The notes under the pieces: generated by a model
Database searches by the model: none
What the model was told of the DNA's origin: nothing
The model's input: the letters and a program-made list of their open reading frames with translations, nothing else
Translations under genes and position numbers: made by a program
Assembly (NCBI GenBank): GCA_965217585.1
Contig: OZ244561.1
Location: 5,824,001-5,888,000, forward strand
Direction of reading: 5' to 3'
DNA: 64,000 nt
Origin: Candidatus Latescibacterota bacterium
GTDB lineage: Bacteria > Latescibacterota > UBA2968 > UBA8231
Shown here: positions 40,885 through 49,482 of the stretch, in pieces
Numbering within the stretch: position 1 is the first letter of the stretch
Layout of the letters: each line of letters opens with the position of its first letter

Positions 40885-41217
40885 CTAGTGCAACAAGTCG
40901 CCCAGCCCAAGCGCCTCGAAGCGCTCGACGAGGTGCTCGTCAAACCCCGGGTCGATCCCGAGGAAGCGGTCGCCATGAAAGTCGGCGGCTTGGCGGACGA
41001 GACCGACGAACTCCTCGTCGGTCTCACAGGTCTGGCGGGTCACGTCTCCCTCGGCGTAGCTGACGAACTTTAGGACATGCGGGTTGACCCACTGGCCGTA
41101 GTAGTTAGCGTCCTCCCGGGTATCGAACTGCGCAAAGCCTTTGTCAGGCGAGCACTCGCCGCAGTCGAAGGCGTAGCGGTCTGATAGCATCCGGTGACTG
41201 CGTTCTGTCTTTACCAT
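40885..41217 (-). CDS. Plasmid/phage-type hypothetical protein
   Basis: SDRYAFD...AQFDT.EDA.YYG.W.NP...YAEGD pattern that I recall from mobile-element small proteins; AGGAG RBS. Confidence 0.65.
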   Translation of the reverse strand: MVKTERSHRMLSDRYAFDCGECSPDKGFAQFDTREDANYYGQWVNPHVLKFVSYAEGDVTRQTCETDEEFVGLVRQAADFHGDRFLGIDPGFDEHLVERFEALGLGDLLH

Positions 41218-41439
41218 TGCTCTGCTCCTTTCTCCTCCAGTTAAAAGTTACGTACCCCCAGCGGCTTATCCGGGCCCAGTCTTTAGCGCCGATCCTAGCG
41301 CGACCCGGGGAGCCTCGTGCTCCAAGCCGCTGGGGGCTATTGCTTTTTTTGCAACAATTCAAACTCAACTACTTGTATCTTTGGGTGCTATCTATTCCCA
41401 TTCCCTCACATAGGAGACAGCATGAATATACAAGTGGAG

Positions 41440-42324
41440 TTACCCCGTTTTGGTGGACAGGTTTGGACTTGGGATTTCTGGACGTTGGTCCCATCTCCTT
41501 TCGTAGTTGATGGGCGACATATAGTCAAGGGCAGAGTGGCGGCGATGGGGGTTGTACCAACCTTTAATAAAACGGAAGAGGGCGATGCGAGCCTGGGCAT
41601 GAGAGCGGAAGGTATAGCGATCAATGAGTTCACATTCTAAGGTGGCAAAGAAACTTTCGCACAGGGCCTTGTCAAAGCAATCGCCCGCCGAGCCCATCGA
41701 CGGCCGTACCCGAGCGGCTGTACAGCACTGGCCAAAGGCGATGGAGGTGTATTGGCTGCCTTGGTCGGAATGATGAATGACGTCCTTCGGGCGACGCTGA
41801 GCCAGCGCCATATTGAGGGCATCCAGCACCAATTCAGTGCATAGATGGGCGCTGATGGCCCAGCCGATAATGCGCCGACTGAAGGCATCCAGGACGACGG
41901 CTAGGTAGATAAAACCCGCCCAGGTGGGCACATAGGTGATATCGGCGACCCACAGTTGATCGGGACCAACGGCGCTAAAGTCCCGGTTCACCAAATCAGG
42001 GGCTGGACGCCGGTCTTTCGCCTGGCGGGTCGTGGTAGCCTGGGGGCGACGACTCACCCCTTGCAAGCCCGCTTGGCGTAACAGGCGCGCCACCCGCTTG
42101 CCGCCGACGTGCACGCCTTCCTGGCGTAGTTGCGCCAGGATGCGCGGGGTGCCATAGGTGCCATCCGACCAGGCATGGATCGTCTCAATGTGGGCTTGGA
42201 GCCGGGCATCGGCCTGGCTACGGGCCGAGGGCGGTCGCCCCCGCCACGCGTAGTAGCCGCTGGAGGAGACACCCAACACACGGCACAGCGTGGTCACCGG
42301 ATAGACGGCCTGATACGCCTTCAC
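41440..42324 (-). CDS. IS3 OrfB (DDE transposase)
   Basis: WVADITY, HHSDQGSQY, ESFFATLECE, YNPHRRHSAL. Confidence 0.92.
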   Translation of the reverse strand: MKAYQAVYPVTTLCRVLGVSSSGYYAWRGRPPSARSQADARLQAHIETIHAWSDGTYGTPRILAQLRQEGVHVGGKRVARLLRQAGLQGVSRRPQATTTRQAKDRRPAPDLVNRDFSAVGPDQLWVADITYVPTWAGFIYLAVVLDAFSRRIIGWAISAHLCTELVLDALNMALAQRRPKDVIHHSDQGSQYTSIAFGQCCTAARVRPSMGSAGDCFDKALCESFFATLECELIDRYTFRSHAQARIALFRFIKGWYNPHRRHSALDYMSPINYERRWDQRPEIPSPNLSTKTG

Positions 42325-42635
42325 GAATTCGAAGGCTCCTTGGGGATCGAATCGGTCTCCCGAGCCAACCAGGCCGCCGCTTTTGCCAAGAGGTCGCGCT
42401 CGGTGCGCAACTGCTTGATCTGGCGGCGTAAGCGCCGGACTTCCGTGCGTTCGGTCGTGGTCAAGCCATCGGGGCGTTGGCCGCGATCGAGATCGGCCTG
42501 TTTGACCCAGGTGTGGATCGTCTGGGCAGAAGGCTCGAACTCTTTGGCCAAGGCACCCGGCGAGTGGCCTGAGCGAACCAGCTCGACCATCTGCTGGCGA
42601 AACTCGGCCGGATAGGGACTACGCGATTTAGGCAT
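42321..42635 (-). CDS. IS3 OrfA (HTH)
   Basis: YPAEFRQQMV...ERDLLAKAAAW. Confidence 0.9.
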   Translation of the reverse strand: MPKSRSPYPAEFRQQMVELVRSGHSPGALAKEFEPSAQTIHTWVKQADLDRGQRPDGLTTTERTEVRRLRRQIKQLRTERDLLAKAAAWLARETDSIPKEPSNS

Positions 42636-42926
42636 AAGGGGCTCCTTTGCATCAAGGGATAAAATACCCACCAAACCGGGTCAACTCCACAAGCGTACTC
42701 CGCAGAAGTCGAGACACTCGCCCGAGACATCAACGAGCTGATAGACCTCGGCTTTACCGGCCAGCCCTTGCAGGGCGGCATCGTCGCCTTGGCTCTACGT
42801 AGCATCGCACGCACGCACAGCTCGCCTACCCCAGCACGTCTCCCTTCGACCCTTCCTCCCCTTACGGCAGAGGAAGAGGTTGAGCTGGAGCAGGATGAGG
42901 ATGGCGTCGTCCCAGGATAACCCCTA

Positions 42927-43151
42927 ATGGCGTACACGTATACACCCAAGGGCAACTTCCCATGGGCTCGCTTTGGCATCACGGTCGTCTACCTACTGAT
43001 CTTCACCGGCGTCTTGCTAGGCATCCTTACCGGCAAGGCGACGATGTCAACGGAGGAGAGCAACTTGATTTTCTTGCTGGCAGGTGCCTTATCAACCGGC
43101 CTCAAGGACATCGTCAACTGGTGGTTCCAGAGACCGGGAGCCGACGTGTAA
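42927..43151 (+). CDS. Small 2-TM protein, holin-like
   Basis: Two TM helices ending LAGALSTGLKDIVNWWF, resembling phage membrane proteins and holins. Confidence 0.5.
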   Translation: MAYTYTPKGNFPWARFGITVVYLLIFTGVLLGILTGKATMSTEESNLIFLLAGALSTGLKDIVNWWFQRPGADV

Positions 43152-43169
43152 AAAATCCCGGTTCGACAA

Positions 43170-44573
43170 TCAATCGACGATGCCGCAGGCCACGTCCGTC
43201 AGGTTGTCGTAGTAGTGTACGTAGGTCACTCCGTCGATGACTATGCGGTCGGTGTGGGGCAGGTCCTCTTCCCAAGTCATCTCCTCGCCCCAGTTGTGCG
43301 GCGGGGCGTCTCTTTTGGCCCAGCGGTTGCCGTTGTAGCGGCGGAATAGCACTGTGCGTCCGGCCTGGGTGATATAGGCTTCGACCATGACATCGCGCTC
43401 GGTGGCCTCTTGCTCGATTTCGAAGACGCGCAGGCAAGTAAAACGCTGCTGGCCGATATGCACGTTGAACACCCCTGCGCCTATTATTTTGGGTGCGTCG
43501 GCCTGGCTTGTGAACGAGCCGTCGGTCTGAGGGCGCAGGCATCCACAATCCTCGATCAGGCGCGGCGAAGGGTCCCAATCATCGTAAAATCCTTCGTCGA
43601 GAAAAGTCATCAGTTCCCTCGTGCCATCGGGTTGCAGCGATTCTACGGCGATCCACTCCACCGCGTCCTCGGTCAGAGCACCCCAGACTTTGGTGCGGCT
43701 ATCCTTTTTTTTGCTGGGCGTATTGTCGCCCGTCATTCCCGCTAGATGCTGGTTCTCCGCCTCGATTTCGACGCAGGGACGGCCGTGAATGACCGCGGGT
43801 CGGCAGGCTGCTAGTGAGACGGTTTCGGACAGTCTCCAGGGAGCGTCGCCTTCTTTGGGTGGCCCATACGAGCCGAAGCGGACGCGGTCGCCTACTTCCG
43901 GCACGATGAACCACCAAGCCATCTCCTTGAAATCAATGCGGAAGGGGGCCTCTTGGCTCGCCTCAATGTGTATCTCTGGGCGGTACTGGGGAAAGGGTCG
44001 TTGTTGGTTAGTACTCATGGTCTTGCTCCTCGGCTTGGGGGTGAGGCCCAACACCGTGCGAATTCGGTCGCGCCCGTGCGACAGGCGGCGCTTGACGGTG
44101 CCGTCGGGACAGCGGTGGCGGGCAGCTATTTCGGCAATGCTCAGGCCATCCAGGTAAAAGGCCTGCAGGGCAGCTCGCTCGCGGTCGGGCACTTCCTCCA
44201 TGGCCTCGACGATGGCCGCGGCGGCTTCTCGCTGCCGGGCTTGAGCCACGCCAAAGCGATTGACCATAGGTGCCAAAGCCTCTGTCTCGACAAACAGCTC
44301 GCGGCGCTGGGTCGAGCGGAAGTAATCGCGGCAGCGGTTGCGGGCTACTTGCAGCAACCAAGCCCGCACATCGCGGGGAGTGTCTCGGCGCAGGCCGCTC
44401 CAGACGTGTACTAGGGTTTCCTGCAGTACGTCCTGCACTTGGTCGCCGGAGCCGACCCGGTAGCGGATTAATCCCACTAGGGTGCGCTCGTAGCGCCGAA
44501 TCAGGCGGACGAAAGCTTGCTCGTTGCCCTGCCGCACTTGCTCGGCTAATAGCTGGTCGCTTGGACTGGTCAT
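43170..44573 (-). CDS. ECF sigma factor with long soluble C-terminal extension
   Basis: DVLQET, WLLQVARNRCRD, GLSIAEIA...GTVKRRL followed by about 280 aa of unknown beta-rich domain. Confidence 0.88.
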   Translation of the reverse strand: MTSPSDQLLAEQVRQGNEQAFVRLIRRYERTLVGLIRYRVGSGDQVQDVLQETLVHVWSGLRRDTPRDVRAWLLQVARNRCRDYFRSTQRRELFVETEALAPMVNRFGVAQARQREAAAAIVEAMEEVPDRERAALQAFYLDGLSIAEIAARHRCPDGTVKRRLSHGRDRIRTVLGLTPKPRSKTMSTNQQRPFPQYRPEIHIEASQEAPFRIDFKEMAWWFIVPEVGDRVRFGSYGPPKEGDAPWRLSETVSLAACRPAVIHGRPCVEIEAENQHLAGMTGDNTPSKKKDSRTKVWGALTEDAVEWIAVESLQPDGTRELMTFLDEGFYDDWDPSPRLIEDCGCLRPQTDGSFTSQADAPKIIGAGVFNVHIGQQRFTCLRVFEIEQEATERDVMVEAYITQAGRTVLFRRYNGNRWAKRDAPPHNWGEEMTWEEDLPHTDRIVIDGVTYVHYYDNLTDVACGIVD

Positions 44574-44596
44574 GCGTCATCTGTCCTTTACCTTAC

Positions 44597-44624
44597 AAGG
44601 CGGACATTAGCGAGTAAAGGTTCA
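44597..44624 (-). promoter_or_regulatory. Possible ECF-type autoregulatory promoter
   Basis: TGAACC-N16-CGCCTT upstream of the ECF gene. Confidence 0.4.
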
Positions 44625-44659
44625 CCGAATCCATCCACCCCTTTAGAAGAGAATCTACC

Positions 44660-45808
44660 ATGCAACTGTTTTACATCGTCTGTATTGCGGCCATCGCGTT
44701 CGCCGCTTGTTCAGATAAGGCTTCTCTATCTTCCTCTGCGGACGGCGATGGTGCCCCCGTTAAAATTGGGTTCCTCGTTTCGGGCGACCGCACTACCTAT
44801 CCAAATGGGGCGAAGATCGCGGTGGACGAAGTCAACGAGCGCGGGGGGCTGTTGGGCCGGTCTGTTGAATTGGTCACGCGGATTAACATAGAGGAAGCGG
44901 CGGCGGCCGTGCAGGCCGCTGAGACCATGATCCTCACAGACGAAGTCGTTGCCCTCATTGGCCCCAACCGCTCCTCGCACGCCATTGAGGTAGGGGCCAT
45001 AGCCCAGCGCCACGGCGTGCCGATGATTACCACGGCGGCCACCAACCCAGCCGTGACTGCAGCCGGCGACTTTGTCTTCATGGCCGCTTTCACCGACCGG
45101 TTTCAAGGGCGGGTCATGGCACAGTTTGCCAAAGAGACGCTCGGGGTGGATACAGCCGCTGTTTTGACGCAGCGCGGGGAAGTCTATACCGAGGGAATCG
45201 CCGAATTTTTTACCGCCCATTTTAGCGGCTTTGGGGGAGAGATCGTCGCCGACGAGTTCTACGAAAGCGGTGCGACGGATTTCGCCGCGCAATTGACCCG
45301 CATCGCGGCGGCGGCTCCCGAGGCGGTTTTCCTATCGGGACTGCCGCCAGAAGTCGCGTTGGTGACCAAGCAGGCGCGTGCTCTACCGCTGCAAAATGCA
45401 GCCGGGGAACCGACGCTTTTTCTCGGGGCTGATGCCTGGGACAATCCGACGCTGTTAGACAATGAAGCCGCCGCCGTGGATGGCAGCTTTTTCAGCAGCC
45501 ACTTTTCGCCGGACACGGACGAGCCGAGTGCGCGTGCGTTTATCGACACATACCAAGCTTTGCACGGGATTGCACCTACTGGCGGCGATGCGGTGAGCTA
45601 CGATGCGGTGCGCTTGCTCTTGGAAGCCGCAGAGCGCGCGGGTAGCCTCGACGCGGACGCGATACGGCGGCAACTGTTGGCTACCGAACAGTACGCTGGG
45701 GCGACGCGCATTGCCGGCTACGACGAAAACCGCCATCCGACCAAAAGCGCGGTGATTATGACCATTGAGAATGGCGCGAAGCAGTTCTACCAGCAGGTGG
45801 ATCCGTAG
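44660..45808 (+). CDS. LivJ-type branched-chain amino acid ABC substrate-binding lipoprotein (no adjacent permease)
   Basis: FAAC lipobox, GGLLGR, TDFAAQLT, YDAV. Confidence 0.88.
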   Translation: MQLFYIVCIAAIAFAACSDKASLSSSADGDGAPVKIGFLVSGDRTTYPNGAKIAVDEVNERGGLLGRSVELVTRINIEEAAAAVQAAETMILTDEVVALIGPNRSSHAIEVGAIAQRHGVPMITTAATNPAVTAAGDFVFMAAFTDRFQGRVMAQFAKETLGVDTAAVLTQRGEVYTEGIAEFFTAHFSGFGGEIVADEFYESGATDFAAQLTRIAAAAPEAVFLSGLPPEVALVTKQARALPLQNAAGEPTLFLGADAWDNPTLLDNEAAAVDGSFFSSHFSPDTDEPSARAFIDTYQALHGIAPTGGDAVSYDAVRLLLEAAERAGSLDADAIRRQLLATEQYAGATRIAGYDENRHPTKSAVIMTIENGAKQFYQQVDP

Positions 45809-45962
45809 GGGATGTGTATAGGAAAGAATCGGATTCAGATATCCGTCACGTGCTGACACACCAAGCCTACGGCCGTGGAGAATGGACGACATGAGTGTCA
45901 TTACCCCACAGCTTCAGCAATTCGCCGGGGAAGCACCCTGAACCCGACCGCGGAATGGGCTG

Positions 45963-46802
45963 TCAGCTTTGGCCTTTAAAGTAGATCTCTAGAGCGTTCT
46001 TCCCCAGAATCCACGCCTTGTCTTCAGCGCTGAAAAAGGGGATCAACTCCTGCATAATGAGCAGTTCGTAAAAATTGGCCCATACCATCCGCCGCGGCCC
46101 AAAGCGGTCGTACACCCGCTCCAAAAAGGGCCATACATCGCGGAAGGGCAGTCGTTCCTTGGAAGGATTGTGCAGCGAGGTGCGGATGTACACATTGGGC
46201 CAGCAGGCTAGATCGAGCAGCGGCCCAAAGCCCTCGCTATCGGGGGCGCTGATGTCGATCATCGCCAGATGGTCGATGACCACTTTGACCCCGGGGAAGC
46301 GCTCGGCCATGGCCGCCACCTGCCCCACTTGGTGCGGCGCTAGGAAGATGTTGAACACCGCGCCCAACTCCTCGGCCCGGTGCCACAGCGGATAGCTGAC
46401 CTCATCACTGAGCCAGACCACATCGCGGTCGTAGATGGGACTCAAGCGTAGCCCTGCCAAGCCCTCCTCTCGCACGGCCCGTTCCAAGCGCGCCGGATTC
46501 TCCGGATCGGCCGGATCGTGCAGCCGGTGTCCCACTAAAAGGCCGATGGCGGCAAAGCGGTCGGGATAGCGCTGTACGCAGTGGCTGGCATAGCGGTTGT
46601 CGCGGCCGTAGTAGCACACCTGGCTGATGACGACCTTGTCGACTCCATAGGTCCGCATGTGTTCGATGAGGTCTTCGGCCGACTGCTCATAGTCGGGCTT
46701 GGCGTCGGGGCAGTTGGACAGACGCGGGTCGGGCTTAAAGCGGGGATCGTGGAGCACCCAGGCGTGCTCGGCACCGTTGACAATGGGGTAAGAGGCGGCC
46801 AT
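45963..46802 (-). CDS. Amidohydrolase-2 family protein
   Basis: TIM-barrel motifs GLRL, VVIDHL, FGPRRMVWA; HxH is degenerate (AEH). Confidence 0.8.
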   Translation of the reverse strand: MAASYPIVNGAEHAWVLHDPRFKPDPRLSNCPDAKPDYEQSAEDLIEHMRTYGVDKVVISQVCYYGRDNRYASHCVQRYPDRFAAIGLLVGHRLHDPADPENPARLERAVREEGLAGLRLSPIYDRDVVWLSDEVSYPLWHRAEELGAVFNIFLAPHQVGQVAAMAERFPGVKVVIDHLAMIDISAPDSEGFGPLLDLACWPNVYIRTSLHNPSKERLPFRDVWPFLERVYDRFGPRRMVWANFYELLIMQELIPFFSAEDKAWILGKNALEIYFKGQS

Positions 46803-47090
46803 GGCTCACGAAGCGGCGGCGCTGAGCGTGGGCGCGTGCAATGCACTCATAGACAATCTCTTGGTTGCGGATTTGCCGGACGGAGCGAGCCTAAAAATGC
46901 GCGCTAAAAGTACCTCCTACCGCGGCCCCGGGCAATCTGCTCAACGAAATGATGCTTTAATGCACGCCCAGGTATCGACCGCTACCGACGACTCTTCGAT
47001 CAGACTGCAATCCTTGCTCGTTCTCCTGTATTCCTGTAATTTCGCTTGAAGAATCGATTTTTTAATCCCAAGCGAAGAGGCATATAAGCG

Positions 47091-47441
47091 ATGGTAGAAC
47101 TGCCACATCAGAAGGCTATCACGCTGTCTGAGGAGGATTACGACGTATCTGTTTCTGCTGATTTACTTGAGAATCCAGTAGATGCTCAACTTCGTCAGTG
47201 GGGCTTAACGGGCCATGCCGATATAGCCATTTCATTAGCGAAGAAGTGTTTTGGAGCAGATATAAAGTTTGAAAAGTCGATACTTGAGCGGGAAGAGAAT
47301 GAGGTATTGCTAATTGAGGTGCATACCTCCGGTGAGGCCGAGGTAGTTCGGCGGCAATATCATCGGTGCGTTGCGCTCGCCGTAGAGCAAATCCCTTGGC
47401 CAGAGATCGGTCGTATAAGTCTTATTTATTACCGCGAGTAG
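47091..47441 (+). CDS. Hypothetical protein upstream of a HEPN fragment (probable antitoxin-like partner)
   Basis: AT-richer cassette; GAGG RBS; stop directly abuts the HEPN start. Confidence 0.55.
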   Translation: MVELPHQKAITLSEEDYDVSVSADLLENPVDAQLRQWGLTGHADIAISLAKKCFGADIKFEKSILEREENEVLLIEVHTSGEAEVVRRQYHRCVALAVEQIPWPEIGRISLIYYRE

Positions 47442-47648
47442 ATGCACCAGAAAGAATTTTACACCTTAGCTGAAGAGCTGTTGCAGGTTAGAACAGCCGC
47501 TCGAAACCGTAGTGCAATTAGCCGGGCGTGGCTTGCAGTCGAGCACTACGGTAAGAAATATCTCTCTCATCACTTCAATTTCAAAGTCGCGTATATAATG
47601 AGGATATTCCCGGCGTTGGGAAGTTCGTTTCTTAGGCTAGCCGTGTAG
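47442..47648 (+). pseudogene. Truncated HEPN-domain protein
   Basis: EFYTLAEELL...RSAISRAW(Y)...H N-terminal HEPN motif; C-terminal RxxxxY/H half absent. Confidence 0.62.
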
Positions 47649-47658
47649 GGACAACGTC

Positions 47659-49482
47659 TTACTCCTCGCCGTACCACTGCGCCTGCAAAGCCCATAAGCG
47701 GGCGTATTCTCCTCCTTGAGACAGCAATTCGCCGTGCGTCCCATTTTCGAGCAGGCGGCCCTCTTTTAGAACCAAGATCCGGTCGCACAGCCGGGCGGAG
47801 CCCAAGCGGTGGGAGACCACGATGGTGGTCCGCTCGCCGGATATGGCGAGGAAGCGCCGGAACACGTCGGCCTCGGCCTGGGGATCGAGCGACGCGGTCG
47901 GCTCGTCGAGTACGATCAGGGCCGCGTTGCGCATGAACCCCCTCGAGATGGCGACGCGCTGCCACTCGCCGCCGGACAGTTCGGTGCCGCCGGCAAATTC
48001 CTTGGTGAGGAGGGTGTGGTAGCGTTCCGGTAGTTGCTCGGCGATGGAGGCGGCTCCGCCTTGGTGGGCAGCGCGCTCGACGGCAGCTTGATCACCCATT
48101 CGCTCGGTGCGCCCCAAGCCGATGTTCTCGCCCAGAGAAAAGGCGAAGCGGGTGTAATCCTGGAACACGGCGGTCGATTGGTCCCAAAGGCCGTTTCGGT
48201 CCGCTTGGTTCAGATCAATGTCGTCGTAGAGCACTTTTCCTTCCGTGGGGTGGAACAAGCCCAACAGCACCTTGACGAGCGTGGTCTTGCCCGAGCCGTT
48301 GGCACCGACGAGGGCTACGCGCTCACCGGGCTGGATGGTGAATGAGATGCCGTCGATTGCTAGGCGTTCCGCCTGTGGATAGCGAAAGGAGAGACCGTTG
48401 GCCGCAATCGGGACCTCGCCGACGCGGTCGATTGGCACGCCATCCTTTGGTTCTTCCGGGCCTAGGTCGAGGTAGGTGAAGAGATCGGCGATGTACAGGA
48501 GGCGATTGGCGAGATAACCAAACCGCCAGAAGACCAAATCGACATGCGTACTGACTTGCTGCAGCGCCACCATCATGGCGGCGAATTGCCCAGGGGAAAG
48601 GCCGCCGTTGGCCACGGCCCAAGCCGACCAGCCGATGCCGACGGCCAGACCGGTCAGACTAAAAGTCGATAGCAAGATATTGACCAGAGACTGCGAGCGG
48701 CGCTGATGAAAGAGCTGGTCGGCCACCTGCCAGTAGAGATGCTCCCACCAACCGAGTAGGGCCGATCCCAGGTTGAAGACTCGCACTTCCTTGGCGGCGG
48801 CGCGCTCGGTGAGAATACGCTCCAAGTAGGCCCGCAGGCGCTCGCGCTGGGTCTGCTCGCGCTTGAGGAGAAAGGTATTCTTCTCTTGGAGCACCCGCGC
48901 CAGTGGCGGCGGCACCGAGACTAAGGCGATGGCGACTAGGAGCAGCGGATTCCACAGCCCGACGACCAAGGCGACGGAGACGGCCGTCAGCGTTCCGGTG
49001 ATTATTGTATTGATCTCGCCGATGAGGTTGAGAAAGAAGCCGGGCGTAGCCGCCTCCTGTGCCCGGCGCAGCACGTCGTGGAAATCGGCGCGCTCGAAGG
49101 TTTCAAGCCGCAGGACGCTTGCTTTACGCTGAAGTTGGGCGAGTAGATGATCCTCCATCTCTTGTTTTAGCCGCTCGCGGAGAAGGGTACGGGTCCAGAT
49201 GAGGATTCCTATATCGGCCAAGGTCAGCACGGCCCACAGGGAGACCCACACCAGCATGTCCGCCACGGGTAGGCGGCCCTCGTACACCTCGAGGCTGCGA
49301 TCGAAGAGTGCCCGCACGACCCACACCAACGCGGCCGGCAGCAGACCGATGGCGAATTGGAGCACCAATAAGACGATGGAGTGGCGGGGCTCCGTCTGGA
49401 CCATCCACCATAGAAATCGCAACAGTGTGCGCACGGTAGGCGGGCGGGTCGCCTCTGCGTTCTGTAGGGCTACCGGTACCAC
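47659..49482 (-). CDS. ABC exporter, fused permease/ATPase
   Basis: GANGSGKT, LSGGEWQR, LDEPT; GTG start overlaps the upstream ABC gene. Confidence 0.9.
   Translation of the reverse strand: MVPVALQNAEATRPPTVRTLLRFLWWMVQTEPRHSIVLLVLQFAIGLLPAALVWVVRALFDRSLEVYEGRLPVADMLVWVSLWAVLTLADIGILIWTRTLLRERLKQEMEDHLLAQLQRKASVLRLETFERADFHDVLRRAQEAATPGFFLNLIGEINTIITGTLTAVSVALVVGLWNPLLLVAIALVSVPPPLARVLQEKNTFLLKREQTQRERLRAYLERILTERAAAKEVRVFNLGSALLGWWEHLYWQVADQLFHQRRSQSLVNILLSTFSLTGLAVGIGWSAWAVANGGLSPGQFAAMMVALQQVSTHVDLVFWRFGYLANRLLYIADLFTYLDLGPEEPKDGVPIDRVGEVPIAANGLSFRYPQAERLAIDGISFTIQPGERVALVGANGSGKTTLVKVLLGLFHPTEGKVLYDDIDLNQADRNGLWDQSTAVFQDYTRFAFSLGENIGLGRTERMGDQAAVERAAHQGGAASIAEQLPERYHTLLTKEFAGGTELSGGEWQRVAISRGFMRNAALIVLDEPTASLDPQAEADVFRRFLAISGERTTIVVSHRLGSARLCDRILVLKEGRLLENGTHGELLSQGGEYARLWALQAQWYGEE

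Larger units (their letters stand above)
41435..42689 (-). mobile_element. IS3-family element
   Basis: TG...CA ends, TIR TGGAGTT(AC/GA)CC.G.TTTGGTGG, 4-bp CAAG target duplication. Confidence 0.93.
41422..42920 (+). pseudogene. About 79-aa hypothetical protein interrupted by IS3
   Basis: Excising the IS and one CAAG gives MNIQAYSAEVETLARDINELID...EDGVVPG*; AGGAG RBS. Confidence 0.8.
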
